A DNA stretch of 64,000 nucleotides from Candidatus Omnitrophota bacterium (GCA_041653835.1 JBAZEP010000006.1:37-64036), one strand, 5' to 3'; shown: positions 20,152 to 30,056, numbered from the stretch's first letter. Notes: a model not told the origin generated them from the letters alone. Made by a program: numbers and translations.

Positions 20152-21881
20152 GCGCGGGAAGAACAGGCATACTGACAGGCATAAACGGGAACATGGCGAC
20201 GGTCGAGTTCAAGGACTATGTCATGCAAAACGAGGTCGCTTTTATAATCCACAACGAGGAACGGCTTAAATCCGAAGTCATACGCGTGAGAGGTAATATC
20301 GCGGAGGTCCAGATATACGAAGATACCAAGGGACTTACCCTGGGGGAAAAGGTGGAGTTTACGGGAGAACTTCTTTCAGTGGAACTCGGGCCCGGCCTCT
20401 TGGGCCAGATATTCGACGGATTGCAGAATCCGCTGCCCCAGCTGGCCGAAAAAACCGGGTTTTTCCTGAAAAGAGGCATGTACCTGGAGGCGCTGGACAA
20501 TAAAAAAGAATGGGAATTTACGCCCATCGCGAAGGCCGGGCAAAAATTAAAGGCCGGCGAAAAATTGGGATCTACGCAGGAGGGTATTTTCGAACATTGG
20601 ATAATGGCGCCTTTTATTTTAAAAGGCTCCGCTGTGGTGGAGAAGATAGCCGCAAAAGGCAGGTATAATATAAAATATCCTGTGGCGCAATTGAAGGACG
20701 AGCGCGGCAATATTTATACTGTTACCATGTCACGGACATGGCCGGTAAAAGTGCCTATAACGGGTTTCGCGGAAAAATTAAAGCCTTCGAAGCCTCTCGT
20801 AACAAAGATAAGGATCATAGATACATTAATGCCTGTGGCGCTGGGCGGGACTTATTGCGTGCCGGGGCCTTTCGGGTCAGGCAAGACAGTGTTGCAGCAA
20901 CTGATCAGTAAGCACGCCGAGATAGATATAGTGATCATAGCGGCGTGCGGGGAAAGAGCGGGCGAGGTCGTGGAGACATTGAGGGAATTCCCGCATCTTG
21001 TCGATCCCAGGACAAAGAAAAGCCTCATAGAGCGCACAGTAATTATCTGCAATACCAGTTCAATGCCAGTGAGCGCCAGGGAGTCAAGCGTTTACACGGC
21101 TGTTACGATCGCGGAATATTACCGGCAGATGGGGTTGAATGTGCTTTTGCTCGCGGATTCCACTTCGAGATGGGCGCAGGCGATGCGTGAGATGTCAGGG
21201 AGGCTGGAAGAGATACCAGGGGAAGAGGCATTCCCCGCGTATCTCGAGAACAGGATAGCCTCTTTCTATGAAAGGGCAGGCCTAGTGAGATTGCATGACG
21301 GGAGTTTAGGGTCTGTGACAATAGGCGGCACAGTCAGCCCTGCCGGAGGGAATTTCGAGGAGCCTGTTACGCAGGCTACGCTCAAGGTTGTGGGCGCGTT
21401 CCATGGGCTTTCGCGCGAGAGGTCGGACGCGAGGAGATATCCCGCTATAGACCCGCTCGAAAGCTGGAGTAAATATACCAGTTTCATAGACATTAAGGAA
21501 GTCAAGAGCGCCCAGTCTGTTTTAAAAAAGAGTTACGAGGTAAAACAGATGATGAAGGTAGTGGGAGAAGAAGGTACTCCCCTCGCGGATTTTATAGCTT
21601 TTCTGAAAGGCGAATTCATAGACGACGTGTATCTCCAGCAGAACGCCTTTGACGAAGTTGACGCCTCTACCATAGAAGACAGGCAGAAGCATGTATTCCA
21701 TGCCTTGCATGAAATAACAGAGTCGAGGTTTACTTTTGACAATAAAGACAGCGCCAGGAAATTTTTCCAGGACCTCAGGCAGGCGTTTATTGAATGGAAT
21801 TCATCCGAATGGCAGTCGGATATTTTTTCCAAAAAAGGAAAAGAGATAAAAGAAACATGCAAAAAATATATAACCGCATAA
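20149..21881 (+). CDS. atpA: V-type ATPase catalytic subunit A (second copy)
   Basis: Walker [10 protein letters not shown]; start at ATG 20149 (MSAGRTGIL). Confidence 0.9.
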
Positions 21882-23164
21882 TCCAGATAGCGGGTAATGT
21901 CATCACTGTAGAGGCAAGAGACGTGGGTTACGGCCATCTCGCCGAGATATCTTCCAGGGCCGGTAAGTCGCTCGCCCAGGTAATAAGGATAAGCGGGGAA
22001 AAAGTGTATCTCCAGGTATTTGCCGGGAGCCGCGGCATTTCAACAGAAGACAAGATAAGGTTTTTAGGTCACCCCATGAGGGTGTCGTTCACGGAAAATC
22101 TTTTGGGGCGTTTATTCAACGGGGCGGGCCTTCCCAGGGATAACGGCCCAGCGCTCGAGGAGAATATGATAGAGATAGGCGGGCCGTCCGTAAACCCCGC
22201 TAAAAGGATCATACCAAGAAAAATGATCCGGACCGGCATCCCTATGATAGACGTGTTCAACTCTCTCGTGGAATCCCAGAAACTTCCTATATTCTCGGTG
22301 CCGGGCGAACCTTATAACGAACTCCTGGCGCGCATAGCCATGCAGGCGGAAGTAGATATAATAATCCTTGGCGGCATGGGGCTGAAATACGACGACTATC
22401 TTTTCTTCAGGGACACCCTGGAGAAGAATGGGTCTCTGCCCAGGGCGATATTTTTCGTGCATACCGCCCAGGACCCGACAGTAGAGTGCCTGCTTGTGCC
22501 TGATCTGAGCCTGGCGTGCGCCGAGCAATTCGCGCTGGAAGGAAAGCGCGTGCTTGTGCTTTTGACTGACATGACTAATTTCTGCGATGCCTTGAAAGAG
22601 ATATCTATTACCATGGAACAGATACCTTCCAACAGGGGATATCCCGGGGATCTATACAGCCAGCTCGCGAGCCGCTATGAAAAAGCAGTTGATTTCGATA
22701 CAGCAGGCTCTATAACCATACTCGCGGTAACCACAATGCCAGGGGATGACGTGACCCATCCTGTGCCGGATAATACAGGGTATATAACAGAAGGACAATT
22801 CTACCTGAGGAATAGCTCCATCGAGCCGTTCGGGTCATTGAGCCGCTTGAAACAACTTGTGAACGGAAAGACCAGAAAAGACCACCGCGCCATAATGGAC
22901 AGGATGATACAACTTTTCAGCGATTACAGGGAAACCCTCGAGAAGCAGGCAATGGGTTTTCATATGAGCGGATGGGACAAAAAACTCCTTAAATACGGCC
23001 GTTCGTTCGAGGATAACATGATGAATCTCTCGGTGGATATTCCCCTCGAAAAGGCGCTTGATATGGGCTGGAAGATCCTGTCTGAAAATTTCGAGCCAGG
23101 CGAAATAGGCATGAAAACGGAACTCGTAAGCGAATTCTGGCCAAAAAAGAATGGCGAAAATTAA
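21857..23164 (+). CDS. atpB: V-type ATPase subunit B (second copy)
   Basis: Start ATG 21857 ([15 protein letters not shown]); A/B family. Confidence 0.9.
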   Translation: MQKIYNRIIQIAGNVITVEARDVGYGHLAEISSRAGKSLAQVIRISGEKVYLQVFAGSRGISTEDKIRFLGHPMRVSFTENLLGRLFNGAGLPRDNGPALEENMIEIGGPSVNPAKRIIPRKMIRTGIPMIDVFNSLVESQKLPIFSVPGEPYNELLARIAMQAEVDIIILGGMGLKYDDYLFFRDTLEKNGSLPRAIFFVHTAQDPTVECLLVPDLSLACAEQFALEGKRVLVLLTDMTNFCDALKEISITMEQIPSNRGYPGDLYSQLASRYEKAVDFDTAGSITILAVTTMPGDDVTHPVPDNTGYITEGQFYLRNSSIEPFGSLSRLKQLVNGKTRKDHRAIMDRMIQLFSDYRETLEKQAMGFHMSGWDKKLLKYGRSFEDNMMNLSVDIPLEKALDMGWKILSENFEPGEIGMKTELVSEFWPKKNGEN

Positions 23165-23768
23165 ATTTACAAAAGGCGAACTTAAGAGACAGCGCGACGC
23201 CCTGAAAAGGTTTGAGCGTTATCTGCCTATACTCCAGCTCAAGAAACAGCAGATGCAATTAGAGATGCAGCGTTCGCACGAAAGGCTTGCCCTGAAGAAC
23301 CAGGAATTGGACGCGCTTGAAGGCGAGATAAACGAGTGGGCCGATCTCCTGGAAGAGAAGCCGGATTATGTAGACAGCAATATAACGCCAAAAAATATTG
23401 TTGTTTCCAGCTTTAATATCGCGGGCGTGGATATACCTGTATTTGAGGGCATAGAATTTGCGGATGTTGATTATGATCTATTCGCGGCGCCTTTATGGGT
23501 TGATAACGCGATAATAGAAGTAAGAAAATTTGTGGCGTTATTGGAAGAAAAAAAGATATTGAGCGAACAGTTGAGGATCCTGGGTGAAGAGCTCAGGATA
23601 ACTAACCAGCGCGTAAACCTTTTTGAAAAAGTAAAGATCCCGGAGTCGAGCGATAACATAAGACGGATAAGGATATATCTGGGCGACCAGCAGGCAGGGG
23701 CTGTGGGCAGGTCCAAAATGGCGAAAAAAAAGATTGAAAAAATGAGCTTAGAGGCGGTCCCGGCATGA
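23151..23768 (+). CDS. atpD: V-type ATPase subunit D (second copy)
   Basis: [35 protein letters not shown]. Confidence 0.8.
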   Translation: MAKIKFTKGELKRQRDALKRFERYLPILQLKKQQMQLEMQRSHERLALKNQELDALEGEINEWADLLEEKPDYVDSNITPKNIVVSSFNIAGVDIPVFEGIEFADVDYDLFAAPLWVDNAIIEVRKFVALLEEKKILSEQLRILGEELRITNQRVNLFEKVKIPESSDNIRRIRIYLGDQQAGAVGRSKMAKKKIEKMSLEAVPA

Positions 23769-25507
23769 TAGTTAAGATGAAAAAAATAATCTTGATTACG
23801 CAGTCAAAAGATATGGAGTCTGCGCTCGAGTCTGTGAGGAAGCTCGGGCTTTTGCACGTGGAGCACGAGAACGCGCCATCCGGGGGTAATATTGCGGCGC
23901 TCAAAGAAAGATTGAGCCGAATTTCAAAAGCCATAGCGGTTTTGCCGGATATAAAAAACCAGGGCGCAGCGGACAGAGATAAGGCAGATTCTCTAGCAGA
24001 CGAGATATCCGCTCTCCTGGATGAAAAAGAAACTCTGGCAGAAGAACTGCAGATACTGAAGAGCGGCATAGAAGAATGGAAGGAGTGGGGTGATTTCGAC
24101 CCGGATATTATCGAGGATATGGAAGATAAAAATGTCTGGGTTAAATTGTGCAAGATCAATGTCAGGGAACTCGGGAAAATTCCAGAAGGCGTTGCAATGG
24201 AAGAGATGTTCAGGAAGGGGAATATCGTTTATTGCGCTGTTATTTCAAAGAAAGAAGTGGAATTGCCTTTTGAGACGCTCAACCTGCCTGGGATGAGCGT
24301 GGGAGAGATGGTTTTTAAAGAGAAAAAAATCGAGGAAAGGTTCGGTTTGATAGAAAAAAGACTTTCAGAGATAGCGGGCCATAAAAACAGCCTGCGCGAT
24401 CATGAAAATTATTTAAAATCGGTCATCGAATTTAACGAAGTGCGCGAAGGTTCGGGCAGGTTCGAAAAATTGTCGTATATAAAAGGGTATTCTCCCGCTG
24501 ATAAAATCAATGTCATTGAAACCGCCGCCTCGATGGAAAAATGGGGGATTGTTATCGCCGATCCTCTGGAGAATGACGTGCCGCCTACGCTGATAAAGAA
24601 TCCTAAATGGGTGGAAATAATAAAGCCGATGTTCAATATCATAAAAACCATACCCGGATATAAAGAGGTCGATATAAGCCTGCATTTCCTGGTATTTTTC
24701 TCTATTTTCTTCGGGATGCTCATAGGCGACGCGGGTTACGGCATGATATACTTTCTCCTGGCCCTTATTGCGCAAAAAAAGGCAAAGGCGGTAAAAGATA
24801 AATCAATATTTTTCCTGATATATGTGCTCAGCTCCTGCGCTATCGCGTGGGGGCTTATGACAGGGATATTCTTCGGGCCTCACCCATGGATGAGGCCGAT
24901 GGTACCCTATTTCGCCGACAATACCAATGTCCAGGCGTTCTGTTTCCTGATAGGCGCTGTCCAGCTCAGCCTGGCGCATGCCTGGAAAATTTTAAGGAGA
25001 TTCCCTTCGCTGAAAATATTGAGCGATGCCGGATGGATATGTGTTTTATGGTCGGTATATTTCCTGGCAAAGACATTGATACTGGGTTTTGAATACCCGG
25101 GTTTTGGAAAATGGCTGTTTATAGCAGGGTCATGCCTTATTATTTTATTCACAAGCCCGGCGAAGAATATATTAGCGGGCATTGGTTCCGGCTTAGGGGA
25201 TTATCTGCTGAAAGTAGTGAATAGCTTCGCGGATACGGTATCTTATATAAGGCTTTTCGCCGTAGGACTGGCAGGCGTGGCAATAGCGAACGCGTTTAAC
25301 CAGATAGCCTCCGGGATCGGCTGTGGAAGTGTTTCGAGCTGTCTATTAAGCGGATTTGTGCTTTTTGCCGGGCATTCATTGAATTTAGCGATGGGAATAT
25401 TATCGATACTTGTCCATGGGGTCAGGCTGAATGTCCTGGAGTTTTCAGGCCATCTGGATATGGAATGGTCAGGCACGGAATACAGCCCTTTTAAGGTGAA
25501 GCAATAA
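23765..25507 (+). CDS. atpI: V-type ATPase subunit I (second copy)
   Basis: 580 aa, N-terminal soluble + C-terminal TM domain. Confidence 0.75.
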   Translation: MIVKMKKIILITQSKDMESALESVRKLGLLHVEHENAPSGGNIAALKERLSRISKAIAVLPDIKNQGAADRDKADSLADEISALLDEKETLAEELQILKSGIEEWKEWGDFDPDIIEDMEDKNVWVKLCKINVRELGKIPEGVAMEEMFRKGNIVYCAVISKKEVELPFETLNLPGMSVGEMVFKEKKIEERFGLIEKRLSEIAGHKNSLRDHENYLKSVIEFNEVREGSGRFEKLSYIKGYSPADKINVIETAASMEKWGIVIADPLENDVPPTLIKNPKWVEIIKPMFNIIKTIPGYKEVDISLHFLVFFSIFFGMLIGDAGYGMIYFLLALIAQKKAKAVKDKSIFFLIYVLSSCAIAWGLMTGIFFGPHPWMRPMVPYFADNTNVQAFCFLIGAVQLSLAHAWKILRRFPSLKILSDAGWICVLWSVYFLAKTLILGFEYPGFGKWLFIAGSCLIILFTSPAKNILAGIGSGLGDYLLKVVNSFADTVSYIRLFAVGLAGVAIANAFNQIASGIGCGSVSSCLLSGFVLFAGHSLNLAMGILSILVHGVRLNVLEFSGHLDMEWSGTEYSPFKVKQ

Positions 25508-25523
25508 AACGAGAGGAGAATTT

Positions 25524-25988
25524 ATGGACGGAAACACATTGGTTCAATTCAAAGATATCGGGATAGCGGGCGCGGCGCTCGCCTTTTCAGCAATAGGCTC
25601 GGCGGCAGGAACAGGAGCGGCAGGCATGGCAGCCATAGGGGCCTGGAAAAAATGTTTCGCGCAGAATAAACCCGCGCCTTTTATATTCCTGTCATTCGTG
25701 GGCGCGCCCCTTACGCAGACCATATACGGCATGATAGTGATGAACGCTCTTATAGACGCGAGTAAAACCGTGCAGAACCTCGGAATATTGAGCGCGCTGG
25801 GTATGCTTTCGGGCGCGGCAATAGGTTTTTCGGCGTGGTTCCAGGGAAAGGCCGCGGCGTCTGCTTCCGACGCGATGGGCGAGACAGGGAAAGGCTTTGG
25901 AAACTATCTCATGGTACTCGGTATAATCGAGACAGTCGCTATATTCACGATGGTATTTACGCTGATGGCAATAGGTAAAGTACAGTAA
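25524..25988 (+). CDS. atpK: V-type ATPase proteolipid subunit K, four-helix (16-kDa) type
   Basis: 154 aa, four hydrophobic helices, GIIETVAIF carboxylate, PLTQTIYG motif. Confidence 0.75.
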   Translation: MDGNTLVQFKDIGIAGAALAFSAIGSAAGTGAAGMAAIGAWKKCFAQNKPAPFIFLSFVGAPLTQTIYGMIVMNALIDASKTVQNLGILSALGMLSGAAIGFSAWFQGKAAASASDAMGETGKGFGNYLMVLGIIETVAIFTMVFTLMAIGKVQ

Positions 25989-26053
25989 GCAGATACAAAA
26001 GAAGTACTTGCAAAATGCAGGCTCGTATAGTATATTAAGAGGCGCTTTAAAAA

Positions 26054-26128
26054 GGGCGATTAGCTCAGTTGGCAGAGCGCTTCGTTTACACCGAAGAGGT
26101 TTCACAGGTTCGAGCCCTGTATCGCCCA
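26054..26128 (+). tRNA. tRNA-Val (anticodon TAC)
   Basis: Acceptor gggcgat/atcgccc, D-arm gctc/gagc, anticodon stem cttcg/cgaag, loop tttacac; my fold gives an unusually long 7-nt variable region. Confidence 0.75.
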
Positions 26129-26130
26129 CC

Positions 26131-26159
26131 GAATTTTACGAAGTAAAATTCGTCCCGAG
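26131..26159 (-). repeat. Inverted copy (copy 3) of CTCGGGACGAATTTT-N7-AAAATTCGG hairpin element, abutting tRNA-Val 3' end
   Basis: rc reads gctcgggacgaattttacttcgtaaaattcgg; loop differs from copies 1 and 2. Confidence 0.5.
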
Positions 26160-26203
26160 CAACCCTGATATTTGGTAAATAGTTGCGAGGGGCAGATTTT
26201 ATT

Positions 26204-26488
26204 ATGACTCAGTGGATTTTGTATATATTGAAATGCGCTGATGGTTCTTTGTATACAGGCATAACAACTGATTTAAAACAACGGCTAAAAAGACATAATC
26301 AAGGCAGAGCTTGTAAATATACCAGATCAAGAAAGCCAGTTAAAGTAGTGTATAGTGAGGTTTTTAACAACGAATCTTCGGTAAGAAAACGAGAGATAGA
26401 AATTAAGAAATTATCTCGTATAAATAAGTTAAGATTGATAGGTTGTTTCCCTCGCCGCATAAGTATAGATAAGGGCGGCTCGGGATAA
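26204..26488 (+). CDS. GIY-YIG nuclease family protein (UPF0213/YhbQ-like)
   Basis: WILYILKCADGSLYTGITTDLKQRLKRHNQG GIY-YIG signature. Confidence 0.7.
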   Translation: MTQWILYILKCADGSLYTGITTDLKQRLKRHNQGRACKYTRSRKPVKVVYSEVFNNESSVRKREIEIKKLSRINKLRLIGCFPRRISIDKGGSG

Positions 26489-26512
26489 AATTTTTTCTTC
26501 AAAAAAATTTCA

Positions 26513-26589
26513 GGGGACGTAGTTCAGTTGGATAGAACGCCAGATTGTCGATCTGGAGGTCGCGGGTTCGACCCCCGTCGTCCCCGCCA
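26513..26589 (+). tRNA. tRNA-Asp (anticodon GTC) with encoded CCA
   Basis: ggggacg/cgtcccc acceptor, anticodon stem ccaga/tctgg loop ttgtcga, T-loop ttcgacc. Confidence 0.9.
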
Positions 26590-26625
26590 GTACTTTTAAC
26601 TAACTTTGTTAGTTGTAATAAATTA

Positions 26626-26664
26626 GGCGTAATTCCTAATAAAATATGGAATTACGCCTTTTCT
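26626..26664 (+). terminator. Hairpin terminator ggcgtaattcc-loop-ggaattacgcc + TTTT
   Basis: 11-bp perfect stem, T-run. Confidence 0.6.
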
Positions 26665-26709
26665 ATTATCTCCGCCATCTCCACTAATTTCATCAAATCT
26701 GTCAAATTC

Positions 26710-26740
26710 CACTATACATTCACTATACACTTACTATACA
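26710..26740 (+). repeat. Three direct repeats of (C/T)ACTATACA at 11-bp periodicity (iteron/operator-like) just upstream of RBS of the 26754 gene
   Basis: cactataca tt cactataca ctt actataca gggagg. Confidence 0.6.
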
Positions 26741-26753
26741 GGGAGGTATTATC

Positions 26754-27209
26754 ATGAACTACCAATACCTCCATTACGACTTCTTCACCACCTGCCGTAA
26801 AAGAAAAATCAATAAAGTCCCCATGCTTCTATTAATCTATCTCCGCGGCCTCTATTCTAGATTTGGCAACATATTTACCTGGAAAGACAAAGTAATCCTT
26901 AGTGACTTGGGCATAAACCGCAAAATGCTCCAAAGATCGCGACTCACTCTGCAAGAAAAGGGCGTTATTGACTTTGTAAGCGGCAAAGGCCAGGAACCTA
27001 CTCAATACCTTATATTAGACAGTGTTCTTGCGCCAGAGAGAGTGGACAAAAAGCAAACAGGACTGGACAGAAATAAACAGAGGTATGGACATATTGTCCA
27101 GTCTATATATAAGAGTTATGAAAATAATAAAGATAAAATACCTATCAAAATATTTCAAGGCATGTCAGAGCAAGATAGAGTTTTTTTAAAGAGTAAAGGC
27201 CTTCTTTAA
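26754..27209 (+). CDS. Winged-helix DNA-binding protein, possible replication-initiator/replisome-organiser N-terminal-like
   Basis: LSDLGINRKMLQRSRLTLQEKGVIDF wHTH-like segment; iteron-like repeats upstream. Confidence 0.35.
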   Translation: MNYQYLHYDFFTTCRKRKINKVPMLLLIYLRGLYSRFGNIFTWKDKVILSDLGINRKMLQRSRLTLQEKGVIDFVSGKGQEPTQYLILDSVLAPERVDKKQTGLDRNKQRYGHIVQSIYKSYENNKDKIPIKIFQGMSEQDRVFLKSKGLL

Positions 27210-27211
27210 CT

Positions 27212-27427
27212 ATGGATTTTAGACTCAAGAACCTAATATATCCAAAAACATGCTTCTGGATAAACGCCTTTCTTCTCAAAGAGACCCGGAAAGCTATTTT
27301 AATCATGTTTGATGGCAATAAAGTCTGGTTACCTAAAGCATGGATTTTAAGGATTCGGCGAATTAAAGACAACAATGCCATCAGAATTAAAATATCTGAG
27401 TACTACTGGATTATGAAATTTTTTTAA
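27212..27427 (+). CDS. Small hypothetical protein (71 aa)
   Basis: ORF only; no recognisable motif. Confidence 0.25.
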   Translation: MDFRLKNLIYPKTCFWINAFLLKETRKAILIMFDGNKVWLPKAWILRIRRIKDNNAIRIKISEYYWIMKFF

Positions 27428-27438
27428 TAAAATAATAG

Positions 27439-27467
27439 TTGACAAGAAATAAATTGTTGCATATAAT
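27439..27467 (+). promoter_or_regulatory. Perfect consensus sigma70 promoter TTGACA-17-TATAAT
   Basis: ttgaca 27439-27444, tataat 27462-27467, followed by AAAGGAGG RBS and ATG 27549. Confidence 0.65.
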
Positions 27468-27548
27468 TCAGCTTAGTCGACACATCCTTCCCTAGCAGGG
27501 TGCTAGAGGACTTGAGTGGATGGTCGTACAATTAAAAGGAGGTGCTTT

Positions 27549-28727
27549 ATGCAGGGCCAGTCTGCGCGTCAGCGCGAAGTAGTTCATTTTCCTTTCTACA
27601 ACGTAAGAAACATAAGTTGTCCGGACGACAATAATAATTGTCGCAAGATTTATGTAGGACACGCTCCCGTATCTTCTATTATAGACATACCAACGGATGA
27701 AGATGTTCGTGGTTATCTTATAGGAGCGGAAGGCAAAAAGAAAAAAGTTCCTTCTCAGGTGCATCGAGCCATTCGTTCAACAATATCAGACAATCCAGAA
27801 AATTTTTCTGTTCTAAACGGAGGGGTTGTTATTGTAGCTCGTGAATGCACTATTGATGAAAATGAAAAAACGTTGCTATTAAAAAATCCAAGTATTATTA
27901 ATGGTGCACAAACCCAGGGTATTGTTTCTGATTTTTTCAAAGATAATAGCGAAGAGTTAAAGGCTCAGGAATTTTCTTGTCATGTCAAGTTTGAAATTGT
28001 CGTTACCAATGACGACGACTTGATTGCTGAAATTTCTATTGCTAGAAATTTTCAAAATGACGTTATGACACTATCTATTGTCGGACGCAGAGGATACTTA
28101 GATGAACTTGAGCAAAGTTTTCAAGTTAAATCACCTGGTACGCAATTACAGAAGTCTGAAACTAAATTATCGGAAGATTATATTAAAACAGAAAGGCTTC
28201 TTCAAGTAATCGCGGCTCTTATACCGGAAGAATTATGGGTTAAAAAGGAAGATATTAATAAAGTTTATACTTATAGCATGAAAGCAAAATGTTTAAAAGA
28301 ATTTCAGGAAATTTACTTGAAAGCAAAGAAAAAAGAAGACCCTGAGCATCATAAATACCTAGAACTTTATCAATTTTATCTAGATATTTCCGCAATAGCA
28401 TGGGAGCTATACAGCAAATGGAAAACTCATCAGGGATTTGCAGGTACTGGGCTACATTCAATTAAACGCGAAGGTAGCACTATCAAAGAAGTGCCGGATG
28501 GTATAGTTTTTCCGATCCTAGCTGCTTTATCAGTTTTTGCTAAAAAGACGAATGAAGGATGGACAATTAAACTACCCAATTCATTTAGCGAAAAAGAGCT
28601 GATTAAGTCTGTCAAATCAATTTATCAAGAGATAGCTGATAGAAATCCTAATGTTATGGGTAAGAAAAAAGCCTGCTATTCTTCCTTAATTCAGATAACT
28701 TCAATATATAAAAGATTATCAAAATAG
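27549..28727 (+). CDS. Island cargo protein, possible abortive-infection (AIPR-like)/ParB-like-nuclease-fold protein
   Basis: 392 aa; INGAQTQG motif reminiscent of DGQQR/DGQHR of DUF262/DndB-like proteins; strong promoter and RBS; call by resemblance only. Confidence 0.35.
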   Translation: MQGQSARQREVVHFPFYNVRNISCPDDNNNCRKIYVGHAPVSSIIDIPTDEDVRGYLIGAEGKKKKVPSQVHRAIRSTISDNPENFSVLNGGVVIVARECTIDENEKTLLLKNPSIINGAQTQGIVSDFFKDNSEELKAQEFSCHVKFEIVVTNDDDLIAEISIARNFQNDVMTLSIVGRRGYLDELEQSFQVKSPGTQLQKSETKLSEDYIKTERLLQVIAALIPEELWVKKEDINKVYTYSMKAKCLKEFQEIYLKAKKKEDPEHHKYLELYQFYLDISAIAWELYSKWKTHQGFAGTGLHSIKREGSTIKEVPDGIVFPILAALSVFAKKTNEGWTIKLPNSFSEKELIKSVKSIYQEIADRNPNVMGKKKACYSSLIQITSIYKRLSK

Positions 28728-28742
28728 GAAGAAAAACTACTA

Positions 28743-28769
28743 CCGGGTGCTCTTTTAAAGAGCGCCCGG
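28743..28769. terminator. Bidirectional hairpin between convergent genes (ccgggtgctcttt / aaagagcgcccgg)
   Basis: 13-bp stem with one G-U position. Confidence 0.5.
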
Positions 28770-28808
28770 TACAGTTCATTTTATTAATTATTATATAAAA
28801 ACCAAAGG

Positions 28809-29585
28809 TTAACTTAATTTCGGAGGATAAAAAACGCCCAGTACCATAAAGGTCGAAGGGAAACGGTGCGTATTACCTACATAGAAATAAACATCATTCT
28901 TTGTGGCACATATCAACTCGAGCCATCTTTTACGTATCATCTCAAGTAAGTGTTCTTCAGGTTTATACTTATGCCTCCACTCCCGATATGATTGCCCAAT
29001 CTCCCAATCAATTATCATCAGATCATGACCTGGGCAAGAAGATTCACCTTCACAGAAAAATTTATATCTAAATTCAAATGGTATTAGTTCGATGGCTTGC
29101 TTCTTTTTATCAAAAAATGATAATTGCGCATAGCAAGCCTCTCTTGCTGCTTCATCTTTGGGCTTTGCTTTGCAAGAGACGAAATCAATATTCTTAGGTT
29201 TGAACATTCCGAGAGATTTCTTACTATCCGTATTTTGTTTTACTATTTCACAGAATGACTTTTCAACAGTTGTTAAAACAATGTTTTTTCTTTTTTCCCA
29301 TTTATCAGTAGTATCAAGATAATCTATTTTCTTGATACTCCCGGCATCTGCCCTAAAACTTTCAGGCCGCTTATCATCTTTCGGCCTAATGGTTTTAACT
29401 TCTATTATTGTATATTTCTTGAACTTTTGGCTTTCATCTAAATCTCTGAAAGGTATAGGATAAAGTCTAATCCAACTTTTCGTATCAAGATCAATGCCTG
29501 CAACGCATATGGTTTCTCCATATTTTTTACTCGGATTAGGATATGCCTTGACGGTGACTAATATACGCTTTGTTTGTCCGTTCAT
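28809..29585 (-). CDS. Hypothetical protein (258 aa), no recognisable domain; downstream gene of DUF488 operon
   Basis: Long ORF, 9-nt gap to DUF488 gene, Cys/His cluster CEGESSCPGHD. Confidence 0.55.
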   Translation of the reverse strand: MNGQTKRILVTVKAYPNPSKKYGETICVAGIDLDTKSWIRLYPIPFRDLDESQKFKKYTIIEVKTIRPKDDKRPESFRADAGSIKKIDYLDTTDKWEKRKNIVLTTVEKSFCEIVKQNTDSKKSLGMFKPKNIDFVSCKAKPKDEAAREACYAQLSFFDKKKQAIELIPFEFRYKFFCEGESSCPGHDLMIIDWEIGQSYREWRHKYKPEEHLLEMIRKRWLELICATKNDVYFYVGNTHRFPSTFMVLGVFYPPKLS

Positions 29586-29594
29586 AGAAAACTA

Positions 29595-30056
29595 TTAGAT
29601 ATGCTTTACCTCGAAAGAAATGCCATTTATTCTGCTGACTCTATTAGCAACTGCGCTACGATGACAATTGGTATATTCTTTCTCGAAACATAAAAGGCAG
29701 GATAGCTTTTCATTTACGATCTCGTATAACTCCTCCAACTCTTTACTGCAAGTCTCTAAGTGTTCCCCATACTTCTCAAAAAAATAGTCAAAGTCTTTAT
29801 CTTGATAAACCTTCTTTCGTAAATACGAAGGACTTCCAAGTGCTTTTATATGAATGTAATCAATGTCATTGTCTGCCAGGCGCTGTCGTAAAACGCTTTT
29901 AGAAAAACCTTTTTTACGGCTCAATGGAATTTCTCTGACATCGACTATTCTCTGGATATTATAGGCATTAAGATATTCTATGAATTCTTCTATCTTTCTT
30001 CCTTCATATCCGGTAGTATAAACAGTCTTATATGATGAAATAGATAAGTTTTCCAT
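29595..30056 (-). CDS. DUF488 family protein
   Basis: TVYTTGYEGRKIEEFIEYLNAYNIQRIVDVREIPLSRKKGFSK matches DUF488 N-terminal signature. Confidence 0.55.
   Translation of the reverse strand: MENLSISSYKTVYTTGYEGRKIEEFIEYLNAYNIQRIVDVREIPLSRKKGFSKSVLRQRLADNDIDYIHIKALGSPSYLRKKVYQDKDFDYFFEKYGEHLETCSKELEELYEIVNEKLSCLLCFEKEYTNCHRSAVANRVSRINGISFEVKHI

Noticed and set aside
267-24775. Numerous 60-290-aa minus-strand ORFs inside pyr, V-ATPase and pur genes (e.g. 267..890, 3851..4618, 4386..5333, 12302..12649, 24413..24775, 62337..63212)
   Set aside because: They lie antisense within well-supported plus-strand genes with strong family signatures. They have low-complexity composition and no RBS.
25692-26129. 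145-aa minus-strand ORF
   Set aside because: Antisense to tRNA-Val and its promoter region; the translation contains the tRNA sequence.
27492-27764. Minus-strand 90-aa ORF overlapping the consensus promoter and AIPR-like gene start
   Set aside because: It is antisense to a strongly signalled promoter/RBS/CDS with no start context of its own.
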